Part shown: positions 19,154 to 28,497 of the stretch, in pieces
Layout: every line of letters begins with the position of its first letter
Position numbering within the stretch: position 1 is the stretch's first letter
Source: Planctomycetota bacterium
GTDB lineage: Bacteria > Planctomycetota > GCA-002687715 > CAIWVZ01
Direction: 5' to 3'
DNA: 64,000 nucleotides
NCBI GenBank assembly: GCA_044222185.1
Contig: JBGANV010000005.1
Span: 64,001 to 128,000, forward strand
Translations under genes and position numbers: made by a program
Notes under the pieces: model-generated
What the model saw: only the letters and a program-made list of their open reading frames with translations
The model's database searches: none
What the model was told of the DNA's origin: nothing

Positions 19154-22024
19154 ATGGACGAGGCAGCGAGCACGAGCACCAGCGGTTCCAAAGGAGGGCT
19201 CAGTCCACGCGAGGCTTTCCTCGTGCAGGCTCTGCTGGATGCGCAGGACGGCACCATCAAGCCGCTCCACCGATACCTCCGCGAGTTCACAGGCGATGTC
19301 TCCGGCGTTGCCGCCGAATACCTCGAGCTGATCGACCTCAACGTCATCCCAGATCAGTCGAGTGGGCCCCCGAACGTCGCGATCGATCCGAACCTTGCGA
19401 TCACGAACTACCGACTACTGAAGGATCTCGGCCATGGCGGGCAGGGGATCGTGTACCTCGCGGAAGATCTGAGGCTCGGCCGAACGGTCGCAGTCAAGGT
19501 CCTCGACCGTTGCAAGGGTCTCAGCGACGTGGCGACCCAGCGATTCCTCCGAGAGGCGACGATCACCTCCCGCCTCGACCATCCCGGAATCTGCCCGGTC
19601 TTCGAAGTCGGAGTGACGAACGGCGCCCCCTTCATCGTGATGAAGTACGTCGCCGGGGAATCGCTGGCCGACTGCATCACGAAGACGCGAGATCGATCGC
19701 CAACGCCGAGTTCTACCGTCGTCGACCTACCCGAGATCCGAGGCACGGTCGCCCACGAAACGCCGCGGCCAGCCCCCCAAACCACGCAGCAATTCGACCC
19801 GCCGAATCGTGCGGCAATCGACCGGGCGATCCGAATGATCGAGGACGCCGCGCGTACGCTCCACGCAGCCCATGAGCGCGGCGTCATACACCGCGACATC
19901 AAGCCTGCCAACATCATGGTCACCCCGGACGGTTACCCGGTCATCCTGGATTTCGGCCTGGCGCGCGACACAGAGAGTGAGCTGCCGACACTGTCCAGGT
20001 CTGACGATCTGTTCGGCACGCCGCCGTACATGTCACCCGAACAGCTGTCGATGGAGCGTATGCGCGTCGACCGACGAACGGACGTCTGGTCCCTCGGCGT
20101 GACGTTGTTCGAGTGCCTCACGCTACAACGCCCATTCGTCGCTCCGACCCAAGAGCGTCTGGCCCACGCGATTCAGTCGGAGCCCTCCCCTGACGTCCGA
20201 CGGTTGAACGAGAACGTTCCACACGACCTGCGCGTCGTTCTTGAGACGGCCCTCGAGAAGGACCGCCACCACCGGTACCAGACCGCCCTCGATTTCGCGG
20301 AGGACCTTCGCCGAGTCCGATGCTCGGAACCGATTCGAGCCCGCCCCGTGGGCGCCGCCACTCGGCTCGCGCGGTGGGCAAAGCGAAACCCGGCCTCGGC
20401 GTCCCTGACCCTGGCGCTCTTCGTGACGCTCGCGACAGCGGCTGGTGTGTTCTGGAGCCAGGCCGCGACACTCACCGACCGGAATGCCCGATTGGAGCAA
20501 TCGACACGGGAGGCAGAACAGGCCCGAGCCGAGGCACTGATGAAAGGCGCCCGACTCGCTCGGAGTCGCGGACTGTGGCAAGTGGTGCTCGACTCGGCGG
20601 ACGGAGCCGCCGCTCACGGTTGGAAGGATGCGACGGAGGTCTCGCTCCTCAAGATCGAGGCCTGGTACGGCCAGCTCGCCTACGACCGTATGCACGCGGA
20701 GCTCGCCCGGCTCGACCCGGACTCATCGCCGACGCACCGTGCCAGCATCCTCCTGGCGCGCGGCGACCTGGGCTCCAGCCCATTGCAGGAGCCGAACGAC
20801 GGGCTGACGTTCATCAAGGCTGCACTCGATTACGGCGGCCTCTCGCCAGACGACGCCGAATACGCCCGCGCCCTCGTCACCGAGGACCTGAACGAATCCG
20901 AGCGCCACCTCAGAGCGGCACTGACGCTCAACGCAACGCATCGGCGCGCGAATGAAACGCTCGCGATCACGCTTGTGGCCCTTGGGAGGCGCGAGCCGTT
21001 CAAGCAACTCGTAACCGTCATGTCCGGCCTCTACCCGGACGATCCGCAGACGTTGGTACTCCAACTGACGGTCGCGCTATTCGAACGCAACCAAGTCGAA
21101 ACCGACTGCCTTACTGCTGACTTGCGGAAGCGCCTGAGCGACCACGCGCTCGAAGCCGTTGATGCGCTCGTTCGCGTGATCCGCATCATCCAGAACATCG
21201 AAGACCATTCCGACCAACTCTGTAACGGCGACCTCCTGTCGTTCAAAGGCGCCGCCCAGGATGTCACGAAGGCGCTGTTCGTGCTCGGGGCGGCCGATCC
21301 GGCATCGGTCCCGCCGTTCATTGGGCGTTTCCCACGCGCGGCGGCTCGATCGTGGAGGACCTTCCTGAACGGACTCGTCTCGCCCAGAGCCCTCGCGCCG
21401 CTGCTGGACGGTCAACCGAAACAGCTCGAGAAGGGTCTGAACAGCTCGATCGAGATCCACCGCGACGGTTTCCTGTTGCTGTGCCGATCACTCGTTCGAA
21501 TGGTCCGTGGCACTTATCCCGAAGCCATGGAGGACGCGATCGAGGCTGCTTCCGCCCCAGCGCTGATCCAGGTGCGTCGCACGGCCCTACGCACGGCGCT
21601 CGCCACGGCATCACAGGTGTACGCCGCGGAAATCGAGAGGACGCCGTCCAAGGCCAACGCGACGAAGGCGCGGATCATCAAGCTCTGGAATTCCCTCCGA
21701 GAACGACCCGACCTCACATCCCAGGACTACTTCTTCGGCTGCAACGTTCTCATGAAGGTCGGCCTGCCGATGAACGCGGCAACTGCGCTGGGGGATTGGG
21801 TCGAGAAGGAACCAGACAACCCCGACGCGGCGGTCGCGCTCGCCAGATTCCACTTGCTGATCGACGACGCGCGGGGCTGCCTGACCCTGGCGACAGAGGT
21901 GCTCAGGCGCCATCCAGGTCACGGGAACGCCCTCAAGTATCAGCGGATGGCACAGGACCAACTTGCCAAGGTCGCCGAGAGCCGCGCGGAAAGTCGGGCT
22001 TCGAGTCGCGGCGAGAGTCGGTAG
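19154..22024 (+). CDS. Membrane Ser/Thr protein kinase with TPR-like helical C-terminal domain (STK1)
   Basis: GHGGQGIVY, VAVK, HRDIKPAN, DFG, GTPPYMSPE; TM segment SLTLALFVTLATAAGVFW; helical C-terminus. Confidence 0.92.
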   Translation: MDEAASTSTSGSKGGLSPREAFLVQALLDAQDGTIKPLHRYLREFTGDVSGVAAEYLELIDLNVIPDQSSGPPNVAIDPNLAITNYRLLKDLGHGGQGIVYLAEDLRLGRTVAVKVLDRCKGLSDVATQRFLREATITSRLDHPGICPVFEVGVTNGAPFIVMKYVAGESLADCITKTRDRSPTPSSTVVDLPEIRGTVAHETPRPAPQTTQQFDPPNRAAIDRAIRMIEDAARTLHAAHERGVIHRDIKPANIMVTPDGYPVILDFGLARDTESELPTLSRSDDLFGTPPYMSPEQLSMERMRVDRRTDVWSLGVTLFECLTLQRPFVAPTQERLAHAIQSEPSPDVRRLNENVPHDLRVVLETALEKDRHHRYQTALDFAEDLRRVRCSEPIRARPVGAATRLARWAKRNPASASLTLALFVTLATAAGVFWSQAATLTDRNARLEQSTREAEQARAEALMKGARLARSRGLWQVVLDSADGAAAHGWKDATEVSLLKIEAWYGQLAYDRMHAELARLDPDSSPTHRASILLARGDLGSSPLQEPNDGLTFIKAALDYGGLSPDDAEYARALVTEDLNESERHLRAALTLNATHRRANETLAITLVALGRREPFKQLVTVMSGLYPDDPQTLVLQLTVALFERNQVETDCLTADLRKRLSDHALEAVDALVRVIRIIQNIEDHSDQLCNGDLLSFKGAAQDVTKALFVLGAADPASVPPFIGRFPRAAARSWRTFLNGLVSPRALAPLLDGQPKQLEKGLNSSIEIHRDGFLLLCRSLVRMVRGTYPEAMEDAIEAASAPALIQVRRTALRTALATASQVYAAEIERTPSKANATKARIIKLWNSLRERPDLTSQDYFFGCNVLMKVGLPMNAATALGDWVEKEPDNPDAAVALARFHLLIDDARGCLTLATEVLRRHPGHGNALKYQRMAQDQLAKVAESRAESRASSRGESR

Positions 22025-22117
22025 GCGCGCGGCGACCTGGCCCGGCGCGCCTCGCGATGAGCCCGACACATGCGCGTCTGGCGACCCGCGACGAGGCCGG
22101 CAGGGGGGCGCCGACAA

Positions 22118-24253
22118 CTACCTGCCACCGGACTCACGCTTGACCCGCAGATACTCCGCCTCCGCTGCCCGGTAGCGATCCGAGATACCCTGGTCGATGG
22201 GCCGCGCGGGCGGGATGTGAGCGCCGATCGCACCTGCCATCCGAGCCATGCGGTCGGCGTAATCACGGTCGCGCACATACCGTCGACTCTCCGCGTCATA
22301 CGCCGCCTTCGCCGCGAGGTAGTCAGCTTCTGCGGCACGAAGCCTGGCGTCCGCTCCGGGGTCGATGGCTCCAGCTGGACGTCCGCCACCAGACGACGAG
22401 GCCATCGGCCCTACCTCGACGAGCTCGACGAAGAAAACCAGCAGGGCATTGGGCGGGATTCGTGGAGGGGCGCCCGCGGCCCCATACCCGAGATTCGCAG
22501 GAATCACGAAGCGTGCCTTCGACCCCGCCTTGAGGAGTTGCAGCCCTTCAGACAGCCCCGAAATCACCTCCCCAAGACCGAACGTCGCCGGCTTGCCACG
22601 CGAATACGAAGAGTCGAACAGCGTCCCATCCTCGAACCAGCCCGAGTAGTTCACGACGACACGATCAGTCTTCGTCGGCGAGGCGCCGGTGCCGTCGGTG
22701 AGAATGACATATCTCAGGCCGCTTTCAGTCGTCCTCAAACTCATGGTGGCGGGCTCGACGAACTGCGTCGGACTGGGCAGCCTCTTCGCCACGACGGCGG
22801 GGCCCAGGTCCATCTGCGGAGTCACGGGTTTCGTGTGAGTCTCGACGAATTGCACACCGGCCGCCACCGCGACGAGCTTGTTGATCTCTGTGCACTCCGC
22901 CGTCGAAACGGCGAATTCAGCCAATGGAACACCCCCGGCCAGGCGCCCTTGCGCGTCGAAGACAACCGCCATCGTCGCCTTGCCGGCGTGGGCCTTCGCC
23001 GATGGAAACATCTCCTCGAATGCCCCCTTCTCGTCGATCGCGATCGACCACGGCCACAGCCCGTACTTGCCTTCGATCCACATGTTCTGGTGGCCGCGCC
23101 CGCGGCTCTCGAACACGCCGACGATTCCGACCCGCGTCCCGTTGACATCGGTGACGATGCCCTTGAGTGATGACACCAGCTGTTCCGACCATGGCTTGTC
23201 GGGATTCGCGTAGGCCTGCGAGTGCGAGATCAGATAGGCGATGATGACCTTTCCGCGACAGTCCTCGGCGTGAGGGATGCTCTGGTCGCCAGCGAATTGG
23301 ACGCGCCTGAGCCACTGCCGGAGGCCTGGGGGAACGGCTGGGTTGTCCACAAAAACACCGGAGAGGTCACGAACGATGCGAAAACCCACGCGCTCGTTCG
23401 GCAACTCGACCGCTGCTCGTTGCCCCGATGTCGCAACCGTTGCCGAGACCCCTCTCACGGCTCGCGCACCAACCGACACGTCGCTCGCGATGCCGCCCGC
23501 GAGAGGGTCAACCACCGGGTAGGCGCTGTACCGCTCGAAGAGATCGAGGCAGACCTCCGAGGCGTTCGCAGCCATGTCGAAGATGCCCCACGGGTTTGGC
23601 TTCTTCATCGCCACGGGCCGGACGTCTGCGTGAACCTCCCCTGCCGCGTCAACCTGCTCGAAATCGGCGGCACGAGCGATCTCGTCGCCCCAGTACCACC
23701 TCGTCGTCGTGCCCGCGCGGCAGGCGTACTCCCACTCGGCCTCCGTTGGCAGGCGATACTGGAACGTCCGTTCTTTCTGATTGACCCACCGAACGAACTT
23801 CTGGATGGCGTCCAGTGAGACCCGCGTCATCGGCGCTTGCTCCCCTGCCTGGAACGCCAGCTCTATGTCGTCCGTGAGCGCGATGCTCTCGTCCTCGCGC
23901 ATGAACTGCTTCCACTGGGCAACCGTCACTTCCGTCACGCCAAACAAGAGTTCGCCGCTGATCGTCACGTCGTGAACAGGGAGCTCGGAATCGTCTGGGG
24001 CTGGCATTCCGCCCGCCGGCGGTGGCGGCGCGGCTTGGCCGAGCGCCTCAGCGCGGCGTTTGCGTTCCAGATACGTTTGGAACTCCGCCGGACTCGGTCC
24101 AGGGGTGCCCATGCGAAACTTGCCGGGCACGACTCGCACGAACCGCATTCCGACGGAATTGGTCACCACATCGGACGGCTTGTCCTGAGAAATCACCGGA
24201 CTTGCCGACAGCAGAAGGCACAAAGCGACACCTTTGACGATTGCGTTGCTCAT
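22118..24253 (-). CDS. Secreted fusion: FGE-sulfatase (SUMF1-like) domain + CxxC-less thioredoxin-like domain + FKBP-type PPIase
   Basis: Signal peptide; TNSVGMRF, FRMG, TEVT, RLPTEAEWEYACRAG, PNPWG, VGFR; RGKVIIAY...WSIAIDEKG...VFDAQGRL; SGLRY, VNYSGW, GTLFDSS, IPANLGYG, IPPNALLVFFVEL. Confidence 0.85.
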   Translation of the reverse strand: MSNAIVKGVALCLLLSASPVISQDKPSDVVTNSVGMRFVRVVPGKFRMGTPGPSPAEFQTYLERKRRAEALGQAAPPPPAGGMPAPDDSELPVHDVTISGELLFGVTEVTVAQWKQFMREDESIALTDDIELAFQAGEQAPMTRVSLDAIQKFVRWVNQKERTFQYRLPTEAEWEYACRAGTTTRWYWGDEIARAADFEQVDAAGEVHADVRPVAMKKPNPWGIFDMAANASEVCLDLFERYSAYPVVDPLAGGIASDVSVGARAVRGVSATVATSGQRAAVELPNERVGFRIVRDLSGVFVDNPAVPPGLRQWLRRVQFAGDQSIPHAEDCRGKVIIAYLISHSQAYANPDKPWSEQLVSSLKGIVTDVNGTRVGIVGVFESRGRGHQNMWIEGKYGLWPWSIAIDEKGAFEEMFPSAKAHAGKATMAVVFDAQGRLAGGVPLAEFAVSTAECTEINKLVAVAAGVQFVETHTKPVTPQMDLGPAVVAKRLPSPTQFVEPATMSLRTTESGLRYVILTDGTGASPTKTDRVVVNYSGWFEDGTLFDSSYSRGKPATFGLGEVISGLSEGLQLLKAGSKARFVIPANLGYGAAGAPPRIPPNALLVFFVELVEVGPMASSSGGGRPAGAIDPGADARLRAAEADYLAAKAAYDAESRRYVRDRDYADRMARMAGAIGAHIPPARPIDQGISDRYRAAEAEYLRVKRESGGR

Positions 24254-24682
24254 CTCGCGCTCCACTGGGTTCGGCTGAGGGGTCGTGAGCCCTGCAACTC
24301 CGCTCTGGTTGCCGCGCTCACGTCTGCCGACCTGCACCGTGCCGATTGACCTGCGACCTGACGGGGGTGGCACGACGCCGGCCCTTCGAGGTCGAACGGG
24401 GCGGATGCGGAGTCCGTCGACATCCACGCACCACCGTCCAAGATCCCAGTGACGTTGGTTGGGCACTTTTTTTGTCCGCCCGAGGAACCCCAACCCTCAG
24501 CCAGGCTCCAACGCGTCCCGGTCCTGCGGTCCTGTACCAGTTGCGCGTCCCAGCTGGCTGCTCGACTCAAAAAGCGAAGCCTCTCGAACCACTGGGGGGT
24601 GTCGATCCCGCCGTGAACCCCTCGCGGCAGGTCGTCGAGCAGGGGATGGATCCCCTGCAAGAAGACAAGAAAGGTCTCAATC

Positions 24683-25453
24683 ATGAAAGCGCTCCGCCTC
24701 CTCCTCTTGACCGTGACGATCGCCGCGCCTGCGCTCTGCCAGGCGAAGGTGATGGGAACCGTACAGTCGTTCGGAAACAGCTGGGCTGGCGTCGACGCCA
24801 TCACCGGGATCAGCTGTGCCGGGTGGCCAACTCGCGTCGACGACAACTGCAATGGCCAGCATCAGGCGCACATCCTGAAGCACGACGTCACACTCGCCAC
24901 GATGGACTTCCCTGCGACGTCGTTCGGCGGCGGGAACGCACACCCGCTCGTGAAGGCCCGCACGACCACCGTCTTCACTGCGTCCTACGGCGCAGCTGGT
25001 GGCCAGATGACCATTCAGCCCACCTACACGGAGTTCAATGGCTGGAATTCCGAGACGATCTCGGTCGGTCCATTCGATGTACAGGCGCACGCCGGCGTCG
25101 GCGTCGGCAGCCAGGGCTGGGGAACCTGGGCATTCGGACAGCAGCCCCGGCGTGCCAATGCCGAGACCCACTTCGCCCAGAATTGCGTGGCGACGGGGCG
25201 TGTCACAGTGTCGCTTCTGTTCGGCGCTGCGAGTGCGAGCGTCACGGCTGACGTCAACCTCCTAAACCGGGCGGCACATCTGTCGACTGGCAACACAGCC
25301 CTCGCCGGGCTGCCGCAAGCCCACGCGAACGTGGTCTTCGACACATGGCAGCTCCTGCTGAAGCTGAAAGTCCAACTCCTGTGGGGACTCATCGATTACA
25401 AGCGGACGTTGGTCAATGAGTCGGGTGGGCACACCGAGATCACGGGATTCTGA
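24683..25453 (+). CDS. Secreted beta-strand-rich hypothetical protein
   Basis: Signal peptide MKALRLLLLTVTIAAPALC; RBS aagaaagg; alternating hydrophobic pattern. Confidence 0.8.
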   Translation: MKALRLLLLTVTIAAPALCQAKVMGTVQSFGNSWAGVDAITGISCAGWPTRVDDNCNGQHQAHILKHDVTLATMDFPATSFGGGNAHPLVKARTTTVFTASYGAAGGQMTIQPTYTEFNGWNSETISVGPFDVQAHAGVGVGSQGWGTWAFGQQPRRANAETHFAQNCVATGRVTVSLLFGAASASVTADVNLLNRAAHLSTGNTALAGLPQAHANVVFDTWQLLLKLKVQLLWGLIDYKRTLVNESGGHTEITGF

Positions 25454-25476
25454 GGAACACCGAGGAAGCTCGTCGT

Positions 25477-25512
25477 GCAAGGCGGCCGCCGCGAAAGCTG
25501 CGGCTGCCTTGC
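25477..25512 (+). terminator. GNRA-loop hairpin (terminator or mRNA stabiliser) after the 24683 gene
   Basis: gcaaggcggccgccgc-gaaa-gctgcggctgccttgc, a 16-bp stem with one mismatch and one G-U pair, then a pyrimidine-rich tract. Confidence 0.6.
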
Positions 25513-25713
25513 TTCGTCTTCAGGCCAGGGAATACCCGACCGAGCGGCACGTGTATCCCGTGCGCCATGCGTCCGCACAGAATGCACGCACAGCTCACGC
25601 CGAGGGGTCAAAAACTCGGGGCTCGAGACCACTGGACCCATGTGGCCGATCACCGCCCGCGACAGACCTCCCATTCCCTGCGGGCCTGCGGACGAGCCGC
25701 TGAGGATCAATCC

Positions 25714-27624
25714 ATGACCAAGTCCAGAATCTCCATCGGCGTCGCCGCCGCGACCGCCGGGCTCATCTGTGCCGTTGCCCTGTTCGACTCCACCCTTGTG
25801 CGTCGTGCTCTCGCAGGGGGCGATCGACCGATGGACCTCTCCATCGTCCCATCGGCGAATGTTCGGGCACCTTCGCTGCTGGCCTCGCCGTTCATCGACC
25901 CACGCGATTCCTGGCACGCCACACCCGGTGACCAATTCGCCTTCCAAACCGATGCGGAGTGTGACGTCGATCTGGACCCCGCGGAATTCGGGGGCCGTGA
26001 GGCGAGCGCAACGAAGCCGTCGACGCAGTCCATGACCCTGAAGCTGGCGGGGTCGATGACCGCCACCGTGATCGACGCCGTCGGGGATCAAGTCGCTGTC
26101 GCAGTATCCATCGAACTCGATGCAACCGTCGGCGGCGAGAACCCTGGATCGCGCCACCTGACGGGAGACTCGATTGTCACGCTCGAGGCCGGGCGAATCC
26201 TCCGTCTCGGGTTCCGCGAGGGCGCGAGCCCGGTCAGCCGCCGGCTGCTGCGTTGGATCCTGGCCGGCACGCACCAGTTCATCGCACCCGGCGAAGATCG
26301 CCCGACTGCGACAACTGATCACCTGGGAGATGAGACCGGCTGGTATCGCGCGGAGTACGCGTGGACTCAACCCGCGGCTACCGAGGATCCGGGGATGACA
26401 CTTGTCCGGACAAAGCTCGCCTACGAGACCGGCACCCCACGCGACCGATCGTCGGAGTTCAAGATCCGATCCAGCCACGGCGAGGCACGCTTCTCGCACG
26501 GATGGATCGACGTCGGTTCCGATTCCACGGAACTCACCTGCGTCGTCGGTGGCGCGATCATGCAGACGCGCATCCACACGATCGCGAACCGCACCGCGAT
26601 GCGACGCGTGGACGTCGCCGAGTTCACGTGGGCTCCGGACGTCTGGGAGGATGCGTTCATTCCCGCAGGGCCAGTTGGCGTCGATGACGATGTCCTGTCC
26701 CCCGCCGACGCCGATGCGCGCGTGTCATCGATCATCGACGCGCTGAAGATTCTCGCGGACAAATCTGCGTTGAGCTCGGATGATGCGCTCAAGCTCGCCA
26801 TGGAGCTGGCGAAGATCCTTGCGACGCATCCAGAGATCGTGGACACCGTTCGCACGGGGCTCGATGCGGGTTCGTACGGAGGCGCGGCGAGCATGGTGGC
26901 GTCGGCTCTCGCGGGCGCCGCAGTCAAGGGCTCAACCGCAGCAGCCGACGCGGTCATCGGTCTCCTTTCCAGCCGCCAGGACCTCCGTCAGCCCATGATG
27001 ATGGCCCTGCACGAGGCGACGGGAACGACGGCAGCACGGTTCGCTCCGGTCGTCCTCGAACTCGCCAGGGCAAACGGCGATCCTGCTGTGACCACGGCTG
27101 CGTCGCTGCTGGCTGCCACGCTGTACTCGCGGCTCTCGGACGAAGCCGCGCGCGCGCCGATCCGGCAACTGATCGACAGCGGCCTGTCGAGTGTCGACGA
27201 CGCGCGGCGAGAGATGTTCTTGTATGCCGTCGGCAACACGAGCGATCCGGTCATGCGGTCACGTGCCTACGCGATGATCGACGACGGAAATCCAGGGATC
27301 CGCCTTGCCGTCGCGGACGTCGCAACCGGAAACGATGACGGCGGCGCCACATTGCTCAAGCTCGTCGATGACGCTGACCCCATGGTCGCAGCACGCGCGA
27401 TTCGCGGCCTCGGAGCGATGCCGAACAACCCGGACGCGGTACGCCGCCTCCTCGACATCGCACTCGATCCGACCGGTCACGCAGACCCGGAGAGGCTCGC
27501 CGCCCTCCAAGGGCTCGTTCGCTCGCGGCGGGAGGCATCGGTCGTCGAGGGGCTGCGGACAGTCGCGGCCGCCGATCCCAATCCCCAACTCAAGGCGCTC
27601 GCAGCCTCACTCGTGACCAAGTGA
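25714..27624 (+). CDS. Exported protein: N-terminal beta domain + HEAT-like helical domain, resembling Vitellogenin_N/MTP large lipid transfer module
   Basis: N-terminal signal/TM; PGDQFAF, GRILRLGF...LLRWILAGTHQF, DETGWYRAEY, LVRTKLAY, LYAVGNTS, then HEAT repeats. Confidence 0.7.
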   Translation: MTKSRISIGVAAATAGLICAVALFDSTLVRRALAGGDRPMDLSIVPSANVRAPSLLASPFIDPRDSWHATPGDQFAFQTDAECDVDLDPAEFGGREASATKPSTQSMTLKLAGSMTATVIDAVGDQVAVAVSIELDATVGGENPGSRHLTGDSIVTLEAGRILRLGFREGASPVSRRLLRWILAGTHQFIAPGEDRPTATTDHLGDETGWYRAEYAWTQPAATEDPGMTLVRTKLAYETGTPRDRSSEFKIRSSHGEARFSHGWIDVGSDSTELTCVVGGAIMQTRIHTIANRTAMRRVDVAEFTWAPDVWEDAFIPAGPVGVDDDVLSPADADARVSSIIDALKILADKSALSSDDALKLAMELAKILATHPEIVDTVRTGLDAGSYGGAASMVASALAGAAVKGSTAAADAVIGLLSSRQDLRQPMMMALHEATGTTAARFAPVVLELARANGDPAVTTAASLLAATLYSRLSDEAARAPIRQLIDSGLSSVDDARREMFLYAVGNTSDPVMRSRAYAMIDDGNPGIRLAVADVATGNDDGGATLLKLVDDADPMVAARAIRGLGAMPNNPDAVRRLLDIALDPTGHADPERLAALQGLVRSRREASVVEGLRTVAAADPNPQLKALAASLVTK

Positions 27625-27674
27625 CAGAATGCAATCGACACGCCAGCCGGCGATCCTCGCTGGCATGTCCGCCC

Positions 27675-28334
27675 TCACTCCTCCGCGAAATCGTCGAACA
27701 CGGCGCCGGGCACCGTGGCGCGGAGACGCTTGATCGCATTTTGAAACCGGCCGTAGACCGTGTCGAGCGGCTTGGAGAACTTGGCACCGATTTCGCGAAA
27801 GGTCAGTCCGTGGAAGGTCCGAAGAAGCACGATGTCCCGGTCTTCCGGCGACAACGTCGCCAGCACCTGGCCGATGCGATCGTCGATCTCGCGGCGGGCG
27901 GCCCGCTCGGGGACAGCCGTCGACGTGTCGAGGATCGCCACGTCCGCCGGGACACTGTCCCCATCATCGCCTTGCACGACAGTCAGCTGCGCTGGTGTCG
28001 CCCGTCGGCGCTCGCTGCTCGCCAGGTAGGTGATGGTCGTGCGGAGCCATCGAACGACGACGGGAGTCCATCGCTTCCGGTCATCCTTGAAGTTGTGCTT
28101 CAGGTTCTCGAACGCCTTCGTGAGGATCAGCATGGCTTCCGAGACGAGGTCCTCGGCCGACGTGCTCCCGTCCTTGACCGCAAACCGGCGCGCCCACTGA
28201 ACGGCGAGCGGGTAGAAATGCTCGTAGATGTAGGCGATCGCGCTGCCATCACCGCGACGAACAGCCTCACGAAGATTCATCGATGTTCGACCGCGTGTGG
28301 TCGAGCCATCACCGGTCGGGCCAGCGGGGTCCAT
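27675..28334 (-). CDS. ECF sigma factor, divergent from STK2, no anti-sigma gene
   Basis: AVRRGDGSA, SAEDLVSE, LSPEDRDIVLLRTFHGLTFREIG; alternative start at 28280. Confidence 0.88.
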   Translation of the reverse strand: MDPAGPTGDGSTTRGRTSMNLREAVRRGDGSAIAYIYEHFYPLAVQWARRFAVKDGSTSAEDLVSEAMLILTKAFENLKHNFKDDRKRWTPVVVRWLRTTITYLASSERRRATPAQLTVVQGDDGDSVPADVAILDTSTAVPERAARREIDDRIGQVLATLSPEDRDIVLLRTFHGLTFREIGAKFSKPLDTVYGRFQNAIKRLRATVPGAVFDDFAEE

Positions 28335-28497
28335 CTGCGGGGCGGGGATCATCGTGCGGCCGCCATGCTACTCGGCCGCGGCGAGCGACACAGTGAAGGC
28401 CCGGGTCGGGCAAACCGCAAGACTCCCGCACGTCGTTGACAGGCTCGCGTTCACCCTCGAGAATCCTCGCACTGAACCAGGGAAGACAGGAAGAACA

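Noticed and set aside
7007-19270. Long antisense ORFs (e.g. 7007..9070 +, 10045..11979 +, 14037..16034 +, 16826..19270 -)
   Set aside because: Shadow frames opposite well-supported genes; expected with high-GC codon bias; no motifs
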